A DNA stretch of 64,000 nucleotides from Bugula neritina (taxonomy: Eukaryota > Animalia > Bryozoa): contig OZ037765.1 of the NCBI GenBank assembly GCA_964035545.1, forward strand, positions 18,042,995 through 18,106,994, in the 5' to 3' direction. The stretch's first letter is position 1; each line of letters opens with the position of its first letter. Under the pieces are notes generated by a model. It did not search any database, was not told where the DNA came from, and was given only the letters and a program-made list of their open reading frames with translations. The position numbers and the translations under genes are program-made. Below, in pieces: positions 47,883 through 60,700 of this stretch.

Positions 47883-50800
47883 TCGCGAGAATACTGGCGT
47901 GTTTTAAAACATTGTGTACACAAATACACAACAATCTACGTACAAAGTGCACCTCAAATTAACCGAACATAAGCAACTTTATGGTAAGTATTTATGCTTC
48001 ATCACTGCAGAGAGACCATTAAGTGCACATCTGATAACATTAACAATTGGCAACTATTGACCTTATTCAAAGCAAACAACTTAAAGTTAAACCATTTCTA
48101 TTAACAGCCCTTCCCATAAAATACTTGGTTTAAAAATTATCTATTGAATATTAATACTGCTGCTAGTAAGAATTTAATTCCATTTTAATTAGCTTTAATT
48201 TGTTGGCTATGCTGTGTATAAATATAGTAGTAGTTAAAATGAAAACTTTTCGCCTAAAATTAGTGCATAATAATTAAAATTACTTTACTTCCCCTTTTCT
48301 ATTTACTATTGACAGCCCATACAGTGCAATGGTAGTCCCTGAAAGTGGCTGTTTTATTTAGTTGTATAAATGTCTACTAATGCAACTACAATTTCTGTAG
48401 CTGCACTCAGCTATTTTGATGAAAAGCTGCTTTTAAATAAGCAGTGTGTGGCTTTTGAGCAAGAATATTTAATTTTATTTCCAAGTCTTGCATGCTGCTG
48501 TTGAATTCAACTCTTCAAGTTGGTGCCACCAACCATTCTCAAGGTGCTATTACTAATATTTTAGCTTTTTCTCTCTGGATTGTTTGTTTATTCTTTCATT
48601 CTTTATTTTTATAATCAAACCACTTACATCTGGTAGTTATCTTTTTCCAGGAATTGAAACAAAAATGGGATTAAACCTCATCTAACGGCCATCCGTAACA
48701 ATTTATGTCATAAACAACACATCCTGACATTAACAAACTATAGTTATAATATTATAAGGTATGTTAACAGCTCACATGTTAAGATTGAGCTGCTTTGAGT
48801 TAAGATTGTCAATGCTTTTAAAATTTTTAATTCCTCAGAAGATTTTCTGTCAACTTTTATGTATTATGCTTGTAAAATAGTACATTGTAATGAACAAAGT
48901 GCTTTCTATGTGGAAAATATTGTAGCAATACAAGTTTTTATGCAACTGCAGGTTAGACTGTGATTTCCATTTTAAATGTATAGCAATTTTCAAGTTATAA
49001 TATCACCATATACTATTAGCTAGTTATAATACAAATAATTATTTCTGTTAAATTAATATTTGTACAAAAGATTTATCAAATTTTACCCTCAGTGTTTTTA
49101 CTCTTAGGCTATATTATTTAGGAAAGTTGGCTAGCCTTCTGATTTCTACCTTTGCGGTAGTTTTTATTTTACTGTTAGTGTAATTTACTCTAAGCTGGTG
49201 GTAAAGGGCGTGCTAATACTTTAAACTTTAGATTTAATAACGCAGATGTTGTAAAGAAAAGTATTTAACTATGAGGATACATACGCCACCTAATACCCTA
49301 ATTGTTTTGGAAAAGCTATTTAAATCAATTTAACTTAAAAGGTGGTTTTATTTACTGGGTGTTTTTCTGTTAGTAATGACAATAAACATAATTGTAGTCA
49401 ATTGTTCGAATTAAGAGATTTTTGGCAGGTGGTTGAATAATATTTTCTTAATTGTTTAACGCTGCTTGGGATTACTAGGCTTCACTTGCAGGCAGCAGAA
49501 AGCTTATTGTCTGCCTATTATTACACCTGATTGATTGCCAACATCGCGACCTGGTGGGAACCGTTTTCTGGCTGCACAGTTGACCAATGACAGCTAAGCA
49601 TTAAGCTCCACCCTAATCAATACGTGATAGGCTGGAATAAAGTCAAACCTTGTTACCAAAGCCTTACCATTTGAGTATCAAGACTACTACTACCCAGAGC
49701 AGCAGATTTTAGTGTCAAGATTAAAGTCAAGGCTGTTAAAGTGCGATTATAGCTACTCGTAAGTCTTCAACTAGGTTTTCAAATATTATATCTGTCTATT
49801 TGAAATGTAATTCTTTCAACATTTTTAAATTGTCACCTAAAAAGTTAGAATTTTTCCACAAAGAAATTTCAATTATAATGCTGGGCTTACTTGTTTCAAT
49901 GAAACAAATAGAAGTTAAGTTTACAATAATTATGTTTCTTTTGTTTTAGCTAAACCATTGCTCTGCTTTAATTTTTACACAACTTTGTCCTGGTTTCACC
50001 TCCTGGAATCTGTGACAGTCCATCAAATCCCTTCATTGTCAGGTAAGTGTAGCCGCTTGTTTCTGCTTATTTTATCATTTCAGCTATTTTGAGATATTTT
50101 TAAGTATATAAACACAATATTAAAGTATTAATATCGCTATAACAAAATTTTAGAATTCAAAATTATTTTCTATCTTGAAAATCTTTTTCAGATATCATAG
50201 AAGAACCTGAGGCCTCAAACCGCTATCTTACACAGAAAGTAATTGCAGAGTGTAATAAAGGTTCGTTTGTTCTTTAAAAGAATTAAAACTCTTCAGTTTA
50301 GATTAATATTAGAAAACCCAACAGCATTATTTTGAAGCAGTTTTACTTTTAGTAAACACAAGATCATGAGTCCAAACTCTGACTAGCTCCATTTGAAATG
50401 TTAGGAAGATCATGCTGTCATATTTGTTTTTTGTTGCAGTAGAAACAAGCCATTAGCTTGCTTAAGAACCTGTATTATCAGAGGTTCTTACGGAGATGGA
50501 GACTTTGAAAACAAACGTGAGTTTAACAATATTATTCTGATGAATCTTTCTTCTGTTTCCTAACAAACATTCTTTTGTCAACATTAACAAACCTGAGTTA
50601 TTGAATATAATATATTATATTGGTTATAGAAGGGTCAGTAGAGGTGTAAAGTCTAAGTAATTTTTTATCAATTAATTTATGAAAATATGCCTCAGCCTAC
50701 ATATATTTGAGTGGCGCATAATTTTGTGTACCTGGTTTCAATGCTTTATATCTTGTAGTAAGAAAAACAAAAGTAAAATTTGCAGTCTTTATGTTATTAT

Positions 50801-51190
50801 TATTTTTGCTAATATGCAACGATGAAGAGATTAGACCTGTGTATCTTTCTATGCCTGTTCTAATATATATTAAAAAACTATATCATTTTTATTTTGCTGG
50901 GGTGACTAGCATATCTAAGATCCAAAAAAGTTTTTGGCTTGTAAAATCGAAATTCACCAAGCAGAAGCTCAGGTAATTCATAATAATAATAATTATTATT
51001 ATTATTATGGATTGCGTGTACCTAAACTTTGTGAATTTTATTTTCACAAGGAAAGAAATTTTGTTAAATCTTAGGTTTGCTAGTCATCCCAGCGGGCAGC
51101 CAAAAGGCTTGCCTCAATATTGCTCAAACAAGTTAGTCATTACGTAAGAAAATGTTTGCTTACATTTTTAAAAATTTTATTCACTCATAG

Positions 51191-52303
51191 GTAGCAAAAA
51201 TGATGTTTTCTCCGTTAACAAGTGAAAGAATAAATTCTCCAACTGAGTTGACGGAAGAATCTTGTGAACAAGAACTACCAAGTAGAATATACCCTGGAAG
51301 TTTAGACAGATACACTACCTCAGACGTTGCAAGTAGCTACTTGTTACCACAAAACTCCACGCCCAACAGCACCAATCTATTCCCATATAGATTACCTCAG
51401 ACTTCACAGGGACTAGAAAACAATGTCTGGCATTATCAAAGCTCAGCTGGATCCCCCGACATGATCTCATGGGTAGATGCATCTTCGAATGCAATAAGTT
51501 CGTGGCAACCAGAGCAAGTCCAGTTTCAACACTCCATCTCTACCCAATACAATAAGAGTTCAGACAGAGACTACACTCAACTTCGAAATAATCAGGGTTC
51601 GTCTTTATCTTCTCTCTTATCTACTACAGGAATACCTTCTTTAATTTCAAGTACATCAATATCCCCGCTGCTTCAACCGAGCTCCTCTTTTATGCCAACA
51701 AATATTATAGCCCCTCTGTCTCATCAGCCTTCAGTTTCAGAGTTTAAGAATGTAGTTACTAGTTCCACAAGCATTGCACCTTCAACAAGAAGCAATTACA
51801 CCACTCCCTCTCCGAGGGGTCGAAGGCAAACTGGTAAAAGTGCATGCGAATGTCCAAGATGCCAAAAGATTGATAGCCTGGGGCCAAATGCATCGCATCT
51901 CAAAGCTAAAGGGCCACACGATTGCCATGTTCCAGGGTGTGGTAAATCATACACCAAGACATCACACCTCAAAGCCCACCTTAGGTGGCACACCAGGCCT
52001 GAGCGGCTTCACATTTGCCAAAGGAACTCCTGTGGGAAGCATTTTGGGACAGCTGAAGAATTACAGAGGCATGCTCAAAGTCATTCTGAAAGCCAACGGT
52101 TAAGCTGTAAGTACTGCAGTAGATCATTCCAGAAAAATGATTCTCTTGCTAAACACCTCAGGCAGCATGAAGCTGACAACCAGAAGGATAGCATTGATCG
52201 TAAAAATATGAGCAGCACTAACCTAAAATCCGAAAAGGAAGCAAGTAATAATAATGATGATAGAAGTGAGATGCACATGAAGACCAAACAAGAAGCTGTA
52301 TAA
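51191..52303 (+). CDS. Sp/buttonhead-family C2H2 zinc-finger transcription factor (divergent), main exon
   Basis: 367-aa ORF with an S/T/P/Q-rich N-terminal region, a buttonhead box (CECPRC) and three C2H2 fingers. Finger 1 ([25 protein letters not shown]) is canonical Sp. A splice acceptor sits at 51189-51190, and a short in-frame first coding exon may be 50496-50516 (METLKTN|gtgagt). Confidence 0.88.
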   Translation, partial: VAKMMFSPLTSERINSPTELTEESCEQELPSRIYPGSLDRYTTSDVASSYLLPQNSTPNSTNLFPYRLPQTSQGLENNVWHYQSSAGSPDMISWVDASSNAISSWQPEQVQFQHSISTQYNKSSDRDYTQLRNNQGSSLSSLLSTTGIPSLISSTSISPLLQPSSSFMPTNIIAPLSHQPSVSEFKNVVTSSTSIAPSTRSNYTTPSPRGRRQTGKSACECPRCQKIDSLGPNASHLKAKGPHDCHVPGCGKSYTKTSHLKAHLRWHTRPERLHICQRNSCGKHFGTAEELQRHAQSHSESQRLSCKYCSRSFQKNDSLAKHLRQHEADNQKDSIDRKNMSSTNLKSEKEASNNNDDRSEMHMKTKQEAV

Positions 52304-55300
52304 TCCGAAGCATCTTAAATTTAATATAAATGACAATGAAATGATTATTGAATAATTTTTATACAATATAATGATGAACTATTTTATGACAGAAATGATT
52401 TGTACTCGTCAAAATATTTATTGCTATACCAATAATCATTACCATTGATCATATTTTTGAATTTCATATGCTTGGAAATTAAAAATTTTATTTAATTCTA
52501 TTTTATGATACTTGTGGAATGTTAAAATCAATGGACTAAATTACTAGCAGTTGTGTTGAAAGTATACAGCTATTTGTAATGTGCAACAAGTAGATCATGC
52601 TTCTGTTAGTTTTGGTCAATGATAACGAAATCTTTTGACTGGTGCTAATAAAGTGCAATTGAATAATAAAATATGTTGTCACTCTTTTTGTAATTCGTCT
52701 AGATCGAGTAAGAAAGGGGGATGGGTACACAATATATGTATGTACTACTACTATATGTATTTCTGAAACAGTAGGTACTATACTACTAGTACTGCACTAC
52801 TGAAATATACTTAATACTGGCCAGAATCAACATAATGAATGACAGTGCCTGCAATATTTGAAATTCAGCAAACATGAAAATGTGTATAGCGCTTGGGAAT
52901 ATCATATAATTGACACGATTAATAAGAACAATTTGTTATTCATACTTATAGCTATAACCAAGCTTTCAATCTGCAGAAACTATTAAAACTAAAGTAAATT
53001 CAAATAACTACTAGTTGCTTTTGAAGAACTTGGTGGCTTTTGTACTGGAGAGGAACACTTTATTAAAAAGTTAAAAAAACATTTCTGCAGACAACTGCTT
53101 AACCGAATTTTCAAATTTAAAACTTAAAAGCTGATCACTTCCATATTGCAATATAGCTATGTAAGTACAGCATTCAACAGTTGCTTTAATCTATAAAAAT
53201 TCATTTCTGACATCAAAAAGCTAAAACCCTAAGGCCTCAACTACTAATTTAAGATTAAAGGCTAGTCTATGCAAAACTATGGTATCAAAATATAAAAACA
53301 ACATAAAGTATGAGCGATTAATAACTGATGATATAAAATCTCCACACGTAGAGTCTATTTTAGATTTCCTTGTCACTACATATTGTTTTTGTTTTACCAA
53401 ACTTTGGAAACAGAGTAATCAAAAACCTACAGACTTTGCTACTAAAGAAATATTACAACGTCTTGCATATTGTATAATGCTAAACTAAAGGTAAAACTAA
53501 ACAACCCAAAACATCGTAATATATAATTAATTAGGTTATATGACTGGGGAGGGGATATTGAACAGGAAGTCCCAATACACGCATTGTTGCTGTCTCCTTT
53601 AGACATCTATAGCCTCTAAACAAAAATGAGCTTAGTTGTAATTCTGCTGCAAACTACGACCTATCACTTGAAAACTTACAACATAATTACACATTAAACC
53701 TTCCTAGCAGTGAAATGAGATTAAAATTTAACTGCAAACATAAAACGAAGTCAACTCAAATGCTTACTCCTAATTTTAACTTCTTAAACTTGCATCATAC
53801 AGTGTGCAGTTGGTTAGTTTCAGACTAAATAATAATAAAGAAAGCTGTTACATTATCATATAATGTATTGAGGAGATACAGTGCTAAGTTATATTTCATA
53901 TAATAGTTTGTATACACTCTGATGATAGAATTTAGCTCTCCTCACCCAAGTGAGATACCCTTAAAGGTTTATATGAATTGAAATAAACTGGCCTTTTTGA
54001 AGTTACAGCCTGCCATTAATGAAAGTTTAGGATAATACCATCAGCTAGCATTGAAACATAGCTCGTTTATATAATAAAGCTTCCCTATACTGTTAGCTTC
54101 CTCTTACTCTTAAAACCGCCTCTCTGCATTTGACTTTTTCTCTCACGGTATTTAAGATGTTTTATTGGATATACCTTACGTAATCAATACTGCAGTTATA
54201 CTAGTAATATAAGCAAGTATACAAAATAATTATAGCTCATCTATACATTTTACCAAGTTCTATGTAGAAACTGAAATAGCCATAGTAGCTATACGACTTT
54301 TAAAGAAGTTTTTTCAGGTCAACTAGTTGAGTATGACACAAATTTATAACTAGTTTTGGCTCTACACCATTGGCAATAGCAAATGTGGTGCAGATTTAAA
54401 TATATGTTAACATTAGGTAAGTAAGTGCTCAATTTGTAGGTCATTGCTGAATCTTCATGGTGATACATTCAATATAATGGGCACTCGGCATCACCTACTT
54501 ACTACAATTTGACCAATGATCATCCTTAGCCAGAGTCTTATTATTGTATGTACAATAATTTTATCCCTCTGACTGACACTGGCTTTGTTTCTCATAGTTT
54601 ATTTAATATAGCTATTATTATCTTTGTCTCAGAGGCTCTACATTGAATAAATATTGCCAATAAAATAATATACCTTTGCTCTTGCCAAGAAAGCTAGTCT
54701 CTGCAGTTTTTGAAATTTACAATAGGCCATATAGCACAAGTAATGTTACTTCATTAGTCTATTAGAAATGACCAATAATTTAAGGAAAACTTGAACTTTA
54801 TTTTCAGCTTGCAGCTTGTCATGGACTGTCATGGCATCTTTAATATACATTAGAAATTTGCTTAGTACCTAGTTCATTAAAAATATGGTGCAAGTTAGTT
54901 GCAGTAGTTTTTGCACAATGCTTCTAGTTATGTTGAACCAATAATTACAAATTATCCGCAACAATATTTTTCACCGTAGCAGCTTTATATTTCAATATTG
55001 CCCCTAAGACTTAACATTAAAATACTGGTTTCACTCATTTTCCTCTTTTATTTGTTTTCCATCTATGTAACCCAGCTACTTCAAACAATTTTATTCATCA
55101 AAGGATTTAAGATTTGCCTCAAATAGGCAATTATATCATGATAGGATGTGGAATCGGTAGTTACCCAGCGGGAGAAAAGTTACACAATCAAAAATGGTTA
55201 TGTACCCAGTTGGCCTGTGAACAGCTTATGAACATACCAGCTAATGATGAGGAAAATAAATTCATTGTCACCAAATATCTGCGCAACACTGAGCATAAAT

Positions 55301-55826
55301 GCCTTCTTGTCACCATTTAGAAAAGATTATAGGGTTCCTCACTGATGTAATTGCAGGTTATGTTGCTCTGGTGGGAAATTAGACATAAAGAGCCTTTCAA
55401 ATATTAATTATTTATATAACTAGGTCTCAACGCTATAATTTCACACCCTGGAAGTCTAAGTAGATTGTTTAGACGTGTAATATCAAATGCCCAAAAATTT
55501 TTCTGTTATTCTCCAACACATTCTAACAAAGGCTTAATAGTGTAAAGTAAACAATAACCTATAAAGTATGTTTTTTTTATTATTTGAATTGGATAGAAGC
55601 TTAGTAAATATTCAAATGCCACTAGAAATTTTTCTCGCACATAATTTCATATGAAATTATATGCTTATCAAAATGTAATTACTTTATTAAACTCAAACAA
55701 TTTCAACTCCAATAAATTTCTTTCTCCTCAGATCTCCAAAATCATTAACTTTTACCATCACCAATCAATTTTAAGCCTAATCTAAAATCAGTTAATTTAG
55801 AGTGATTTATATTACACCAATAGGCA

Positions 55827-56848
55827 ATTCTGTTTGCAGACGACACAAATCTTTTTTGGAAGAGCAAAGATTTAAATGCTGATATTGGAAATATAAATTC
55901 CTTATTAAATAAAGTTAATAACTGGTGCATTGCAAACAAACTAACTCTAAACTTAACGAAAACAAACTATATCATTGTTAAAAACTACCAAAAGAATTTT
56001 GTACTTAACAGTACCATCCATATTGACAATATACCTCTCTCGCCTAGCTCAGAAATAAAATTTTTAGGTGTAGTCATCGACATTAACTTAAACTGGTGTG
56101 CTCATATAAATTCTTTAAGGACTCAGCTCAACAAAGTAACTGGTATGATATACTTAGCTTCAAAGTTTTTACCATACAAAGCTTTGATTTTATTATATAA
56201 CAGTCTGATAAACAGCAAACTTACATATTGCTTAGAAGCCTGGGGAAATGCCCCTAAAACCCACCTGAACAAGTTGCTTTTAATTCAAAAACGCATTATT
56301 CGCATTATTTTCCACAAATCACCTACTGAACACACGTCACCTCTATTTATCAAAGCAGAAATTCTTCCTATTGATCTCTTGTATATCTACCGTCTATGTC
56401 TTCTTGGTCATTCAGCTTATTATACTCCATCTCACACCAAACAACCACCAACTTACCTCACCAGACATTCTGAACTTTCCTTACCCTTACCTCTCTCTAC
56501 CTCCGCAGCAGGTCATCGTCAAGTGTCCTACCAGATGTCTAGCAATTGGAATAAACTACCTCCGACTTTAAGACATCATCAAAGCTTTGCCACATTTAAA
56601 ATATTGTTGAAAAAGCACCTACTAAAATCTTTAACTTAATCTGAATAAATAGTTCCCACTATTTTTTCAACTGCCACTTGGGCCCCGCTCCTTGAATAGC
56701 TATGCTACTGAGCACATGGGCCCCCATCTTGATATTATATATAAATTGAATTTAGCTCTTTTTGTGTTACTGTTGTATATTTGTATTTTTTTGTCCTTTT
56801 GTTTTTTTTGTTGATGGAAATAAAGAAAACAAACAAACAAACAAACAA
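55827..56848 (+). mobile_element. 5'-truncated copy of the same CR1/L2-group LINE
   Basis: Aligns to about 62294-63315 with only about 7 substitutions seen by eye plus T-tract length changes. It starts at the ILFADD codons and ends in (AAAC)n. Confidence 0.95.
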
Positions 56849-57779
56849 TACATTGAGGAGCTTTTCATGCATTAAAGATTACACTATAATTATGTATCTA
56901 AACAACTTTCTCTACTGCTTACTCCCAAATGCAATGCAACTTCTGCAGTTAGAAAATAATTTATTCTCAGCTAACTTAATTTTTAAACATGAGTTACCGT
57001 CAGAAGACCATCTAGATAAAAGTTAGTGAGAATAATACGCCAGCTTTTTACCTTACTTTAGTACCGGAACATAGATAGGGGTTGGTAGTGCTTTAAAAAC
57101 AAGCAAACTGCGCTACCTGATAATCAAGTGTTAGTGATTGCAAATTTCAAACCAATTATATTTACATCACAAGATAATCCAACCCCATTAAATATTTAGG
57201 GAGAGCTACGGCCATTGAAGAATTACGTGTTGATAACAAACTTGACAAATCAAACTGGTTGGCCATTGTTTATCACAGGTAATATCAAAAGTTGTACGTT
57301 TCCCAGCTTAAGAATCGATTTTATAATTCGAGTGTATAGAGTGTGTACCAACATGAATGTATGGCTATAATTACAAACTAAATATAGTTTACATTTGTGG
57401 AGATGCATGTCAGAGGCTGCAATTAAATTGATAACCCTGAAGACAGCATAATGCAGCAGTTTAATAATTTGCTAGGTATTGATTAATTAATAAGTACTTT
57501 TATTATGTAAAGAAACACTAATTGTAAGCTATATGCAGGATTATAGAATTCAAAGGTCAGTATTTTCAGTTATGCAATTTTACTTTTTAGTTTCTACCAC
57601 TCATCACGAATCAGCAAAATTAAAGCAATACTCTTGGTACAGCTCAATGCACAAAAAAAATAAATAAATACAGACTAATGAGTTGAGCTAAAATTTCAGA
57701 AGCACACAAACATGTTTTCACTATCATTCACTTACAAAGAGCATATAGGTGTAAGATTATGGATGATGCACCTACAATT

Positions 57780-60700
57780 CTATTTCTTAGTTGCAACTTT
57801 CCTAGTTTGATAGTCAGGTCTAGTGGCAGCATTATACTCATCTACCAGCATCTGCACTACATTACGGGCATCATCAAACTCGTCAAGATTGTCTGAAAAA
57901 ATGGCTTCCTTTCTGAACTGATCTAGAAAGGCTCCTCGTTTTCGGAGCTTGTCATAAGAACTGAGAGTTCTTGAAAATAACTAAAAATACAAGTAAAAAA
58001 TATTTTACTCAATCACAAGTATCAATGCCGGAAAACTTTTTTAAGATAAAATAAACATTATTTCTAATATTTACAAAACATAGTGTAGGGCCACATAACA
58101 GAAGTGAAATGCTTAGGAAAAAGCATTAAGAAGCCTTCAAACAAGATAGAACAAGTTTCTGTGCAATGTGCAAAATGATTAAGAAACCTGTTGCAGTTGT
58201 TTTCAGACATTATTTTTATAACGATATTTGTATAAACAGACAGAAAGTTAGCCAAAATCAACAGGTGCTTGCTGATAAATTGGGGAAGGGAGCTGTGCCT
58301 TTGTTGCTTGACACTGTAATATCCCTGGATAGTACAATAGATAGAGCCAAACACAAGCAAACGACACACCCTTAAAAATCACCCACATAATTTAAACTGG
58401 TAAATTGGAGGCCCTCTATAATTTAGTAAATAGTGTATTGTAGAGGAGCTATAATTAAGATCAAAATAAACAATTCATGGTGAGCTTACAGTATTGATGC
58501 TTGTGTGGTTGGCCAGCATAAGCCCGCTGACTCTGTGACTGGACTGAATATAAGGGGACTTCCTGGAGAGAGCCACCTGAATACTGGCAGGGCCCCAGGG
58601 TATGAACTGTGCCAACTTTCTTTCTCTGATCCTCTGTAAACTCTTGTGTACCTACAGACCAATAAGACGTCTCTAAGATCTAATACATAATCAAGAGTTC
58701 CCTGTTCCAAGGAATTCCTATATATGTATGAAGTAGCAAAAGGCACAGATAACATGTTCTATGCCATCTTAAAATAGCTCACTAATGAGGATTAGAAACT
58801 CAAGTCATCACACAATAAAAATGACCGGCCTTCAATGTATCTTTAAAATTGCTTAAGGTGGGGATATAGATAAATAGTAATCATTTATAACTAAAATTAC
58901 TCTAAATTTGCTAATTAGAAAGCCAACTATGAGTTCAGTGGTCATCTACAGCCCCAATGCTCCCCACCTACATAACGCCAATTATTAATGTAATGATGTT
59001 ATATATAGGTATATTACTATATATATATTGTACCAAAATAAAAGATAGCATCTAAGTGGGAAGAGTCCAACTGGAATGAACCATGCTAACACCCTGTTAT
59101 GGTGTTTAGACAACCTGATTTTTTCACCTCATCAATTCATATATATTTTTATAAAACAACATATTTTAATAAATTATTCACTGTTATAAAAACACAAAAA
59201 TTTAATAAAAAAAATCAATAATAGGGCAATTAATTACATTCCTCTAATGGGGAATCAACTTTTGCCTGAAATCGGAAAATTTATCTCAGTCTTCCGTACA
59301 AATAATACATTCTAATATTAAAAATATTGGCAGTTGGCAGTTGGCTTTCAAGCTGTTAAGAGGTGTTTTGAACAAGCTCACACAATACTCAACATTACTG
59401 GACAGCTTTCTATTAGGACTCATTAACAGGAGGGGACAGTATAATTTCTATGAGCTGTCCCCAAATTGGGTAAGTGTTTAATACATGATTGCTTACTATT
59501 ACTTGCCTACACCATGCCCCCCAAAACTAGAACTGATTCAACAGCATCAGATATTGATGCTACCATGAAAGAAATACTTCAACAACTGAAAAAGATTAAT
59601 AATAGGATTGAGATAATAGAAGAAAAGGTGGACAGTATAGAGAGTAGTCTGAACTATCATACAGAACAATGGAAGGAAGTGAAAGAGGATATGGATCAAA
59701 TAAAGAATACCATTCCAGCACTGAAAGGAAAGATGGAGGAGCACGAAATTGAAAAGGCAAATAAGATGGCAGAAATACAGGGCGTACCCCATCACCAAGA
59801 TGAGTCCCTGAAGGATATAGTAACAAAATTAGCTGAATTGAATGATGTACACCTCACTCCAGTCAATATTGATATGGTTTACAGAAATAAATCCAAAAAG
59901 TCTATTATTGTCAAGTTTATTCAGACTCATATCTGTCAGAACTTCATAAGATCATTCAAGGCTAAGAAAAACAAGTCACTTACTAGTAAAGAACTTGGTT
60001 ATAAAACTGCATCTAAGATATATATCAATGAATACCTCTTATACCCAACTAGACAACTGTTCCACAAAGTCAGAGAATATAAGAAAGAGAATAACTTTAA
60101 ATTTGCTTGGACAATAAACCAAAAAGTCTTCTTGAGAGAAACGGAAGGTTCCAAAGCCATCCACATTAAGTCCCTATCTGATCTCTAAGATGCTTAAGAC
60201 GCCAGTATTTATATAATCGAAATTGTTTTTCATATTCTAACAAAATGGAACTTTGTAATACCAGCAAACATTTCACTATAGATGACCTAAACAATATTTC
60301 TTGTAATGATTTTCGAGTGCTTCACTGCAATATACGCAGCCTTAGAAAAAACTTCAATAACCTTTTGGAATTACTCTCAATTGTAAATTGTTCTTTTCAT
60401 GTTATTGCCATAAGTGAAACTTTTCTCTACTCCAACGAATGCAATTACTTTCCGATTTCAAATTACTCTTATATAGGCTCATGCCGTGACTCCAGAGCAG
60501 GTGGATGTGGGATATATGTGCACAGTGGCCTGGCTGTAATTGAAAAACTAGAGCCATTAATTGAGGGTTCAGAGGCAATCTCTTTGTTAGTGGCCGGCTT
60601 GGATGAAGTCCCATTACGTATTACTGCCATATATAGACAACCTTCGTCTGACACTGGTAGGTTCACTGATGACCTGCACAATTTTTTACACTCTATTTCT

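Noticed and set aside
50190-51145. Extra upstream Sp exons with weak Sp-box-like peptides (KPLACLRTC; VIAECNK)
   Set aside because: I could not join them in phase to the main exon without stops. They may be UTR exons.
51774-52287. Overlapping alternative-frame and antisense ORFs in the Sp exon (similar ones occur in the LINE, TAB1 and tubulin exons)
   Set aside because: They are shadow ORFs of real coding sequence with no independent motifs.
53279-55320. Short intergenic ORFs of 60-70 aa here and elsewhere in the track
   Set aside because: AT-rich random composition, with no motifs and no consistent splice structure.
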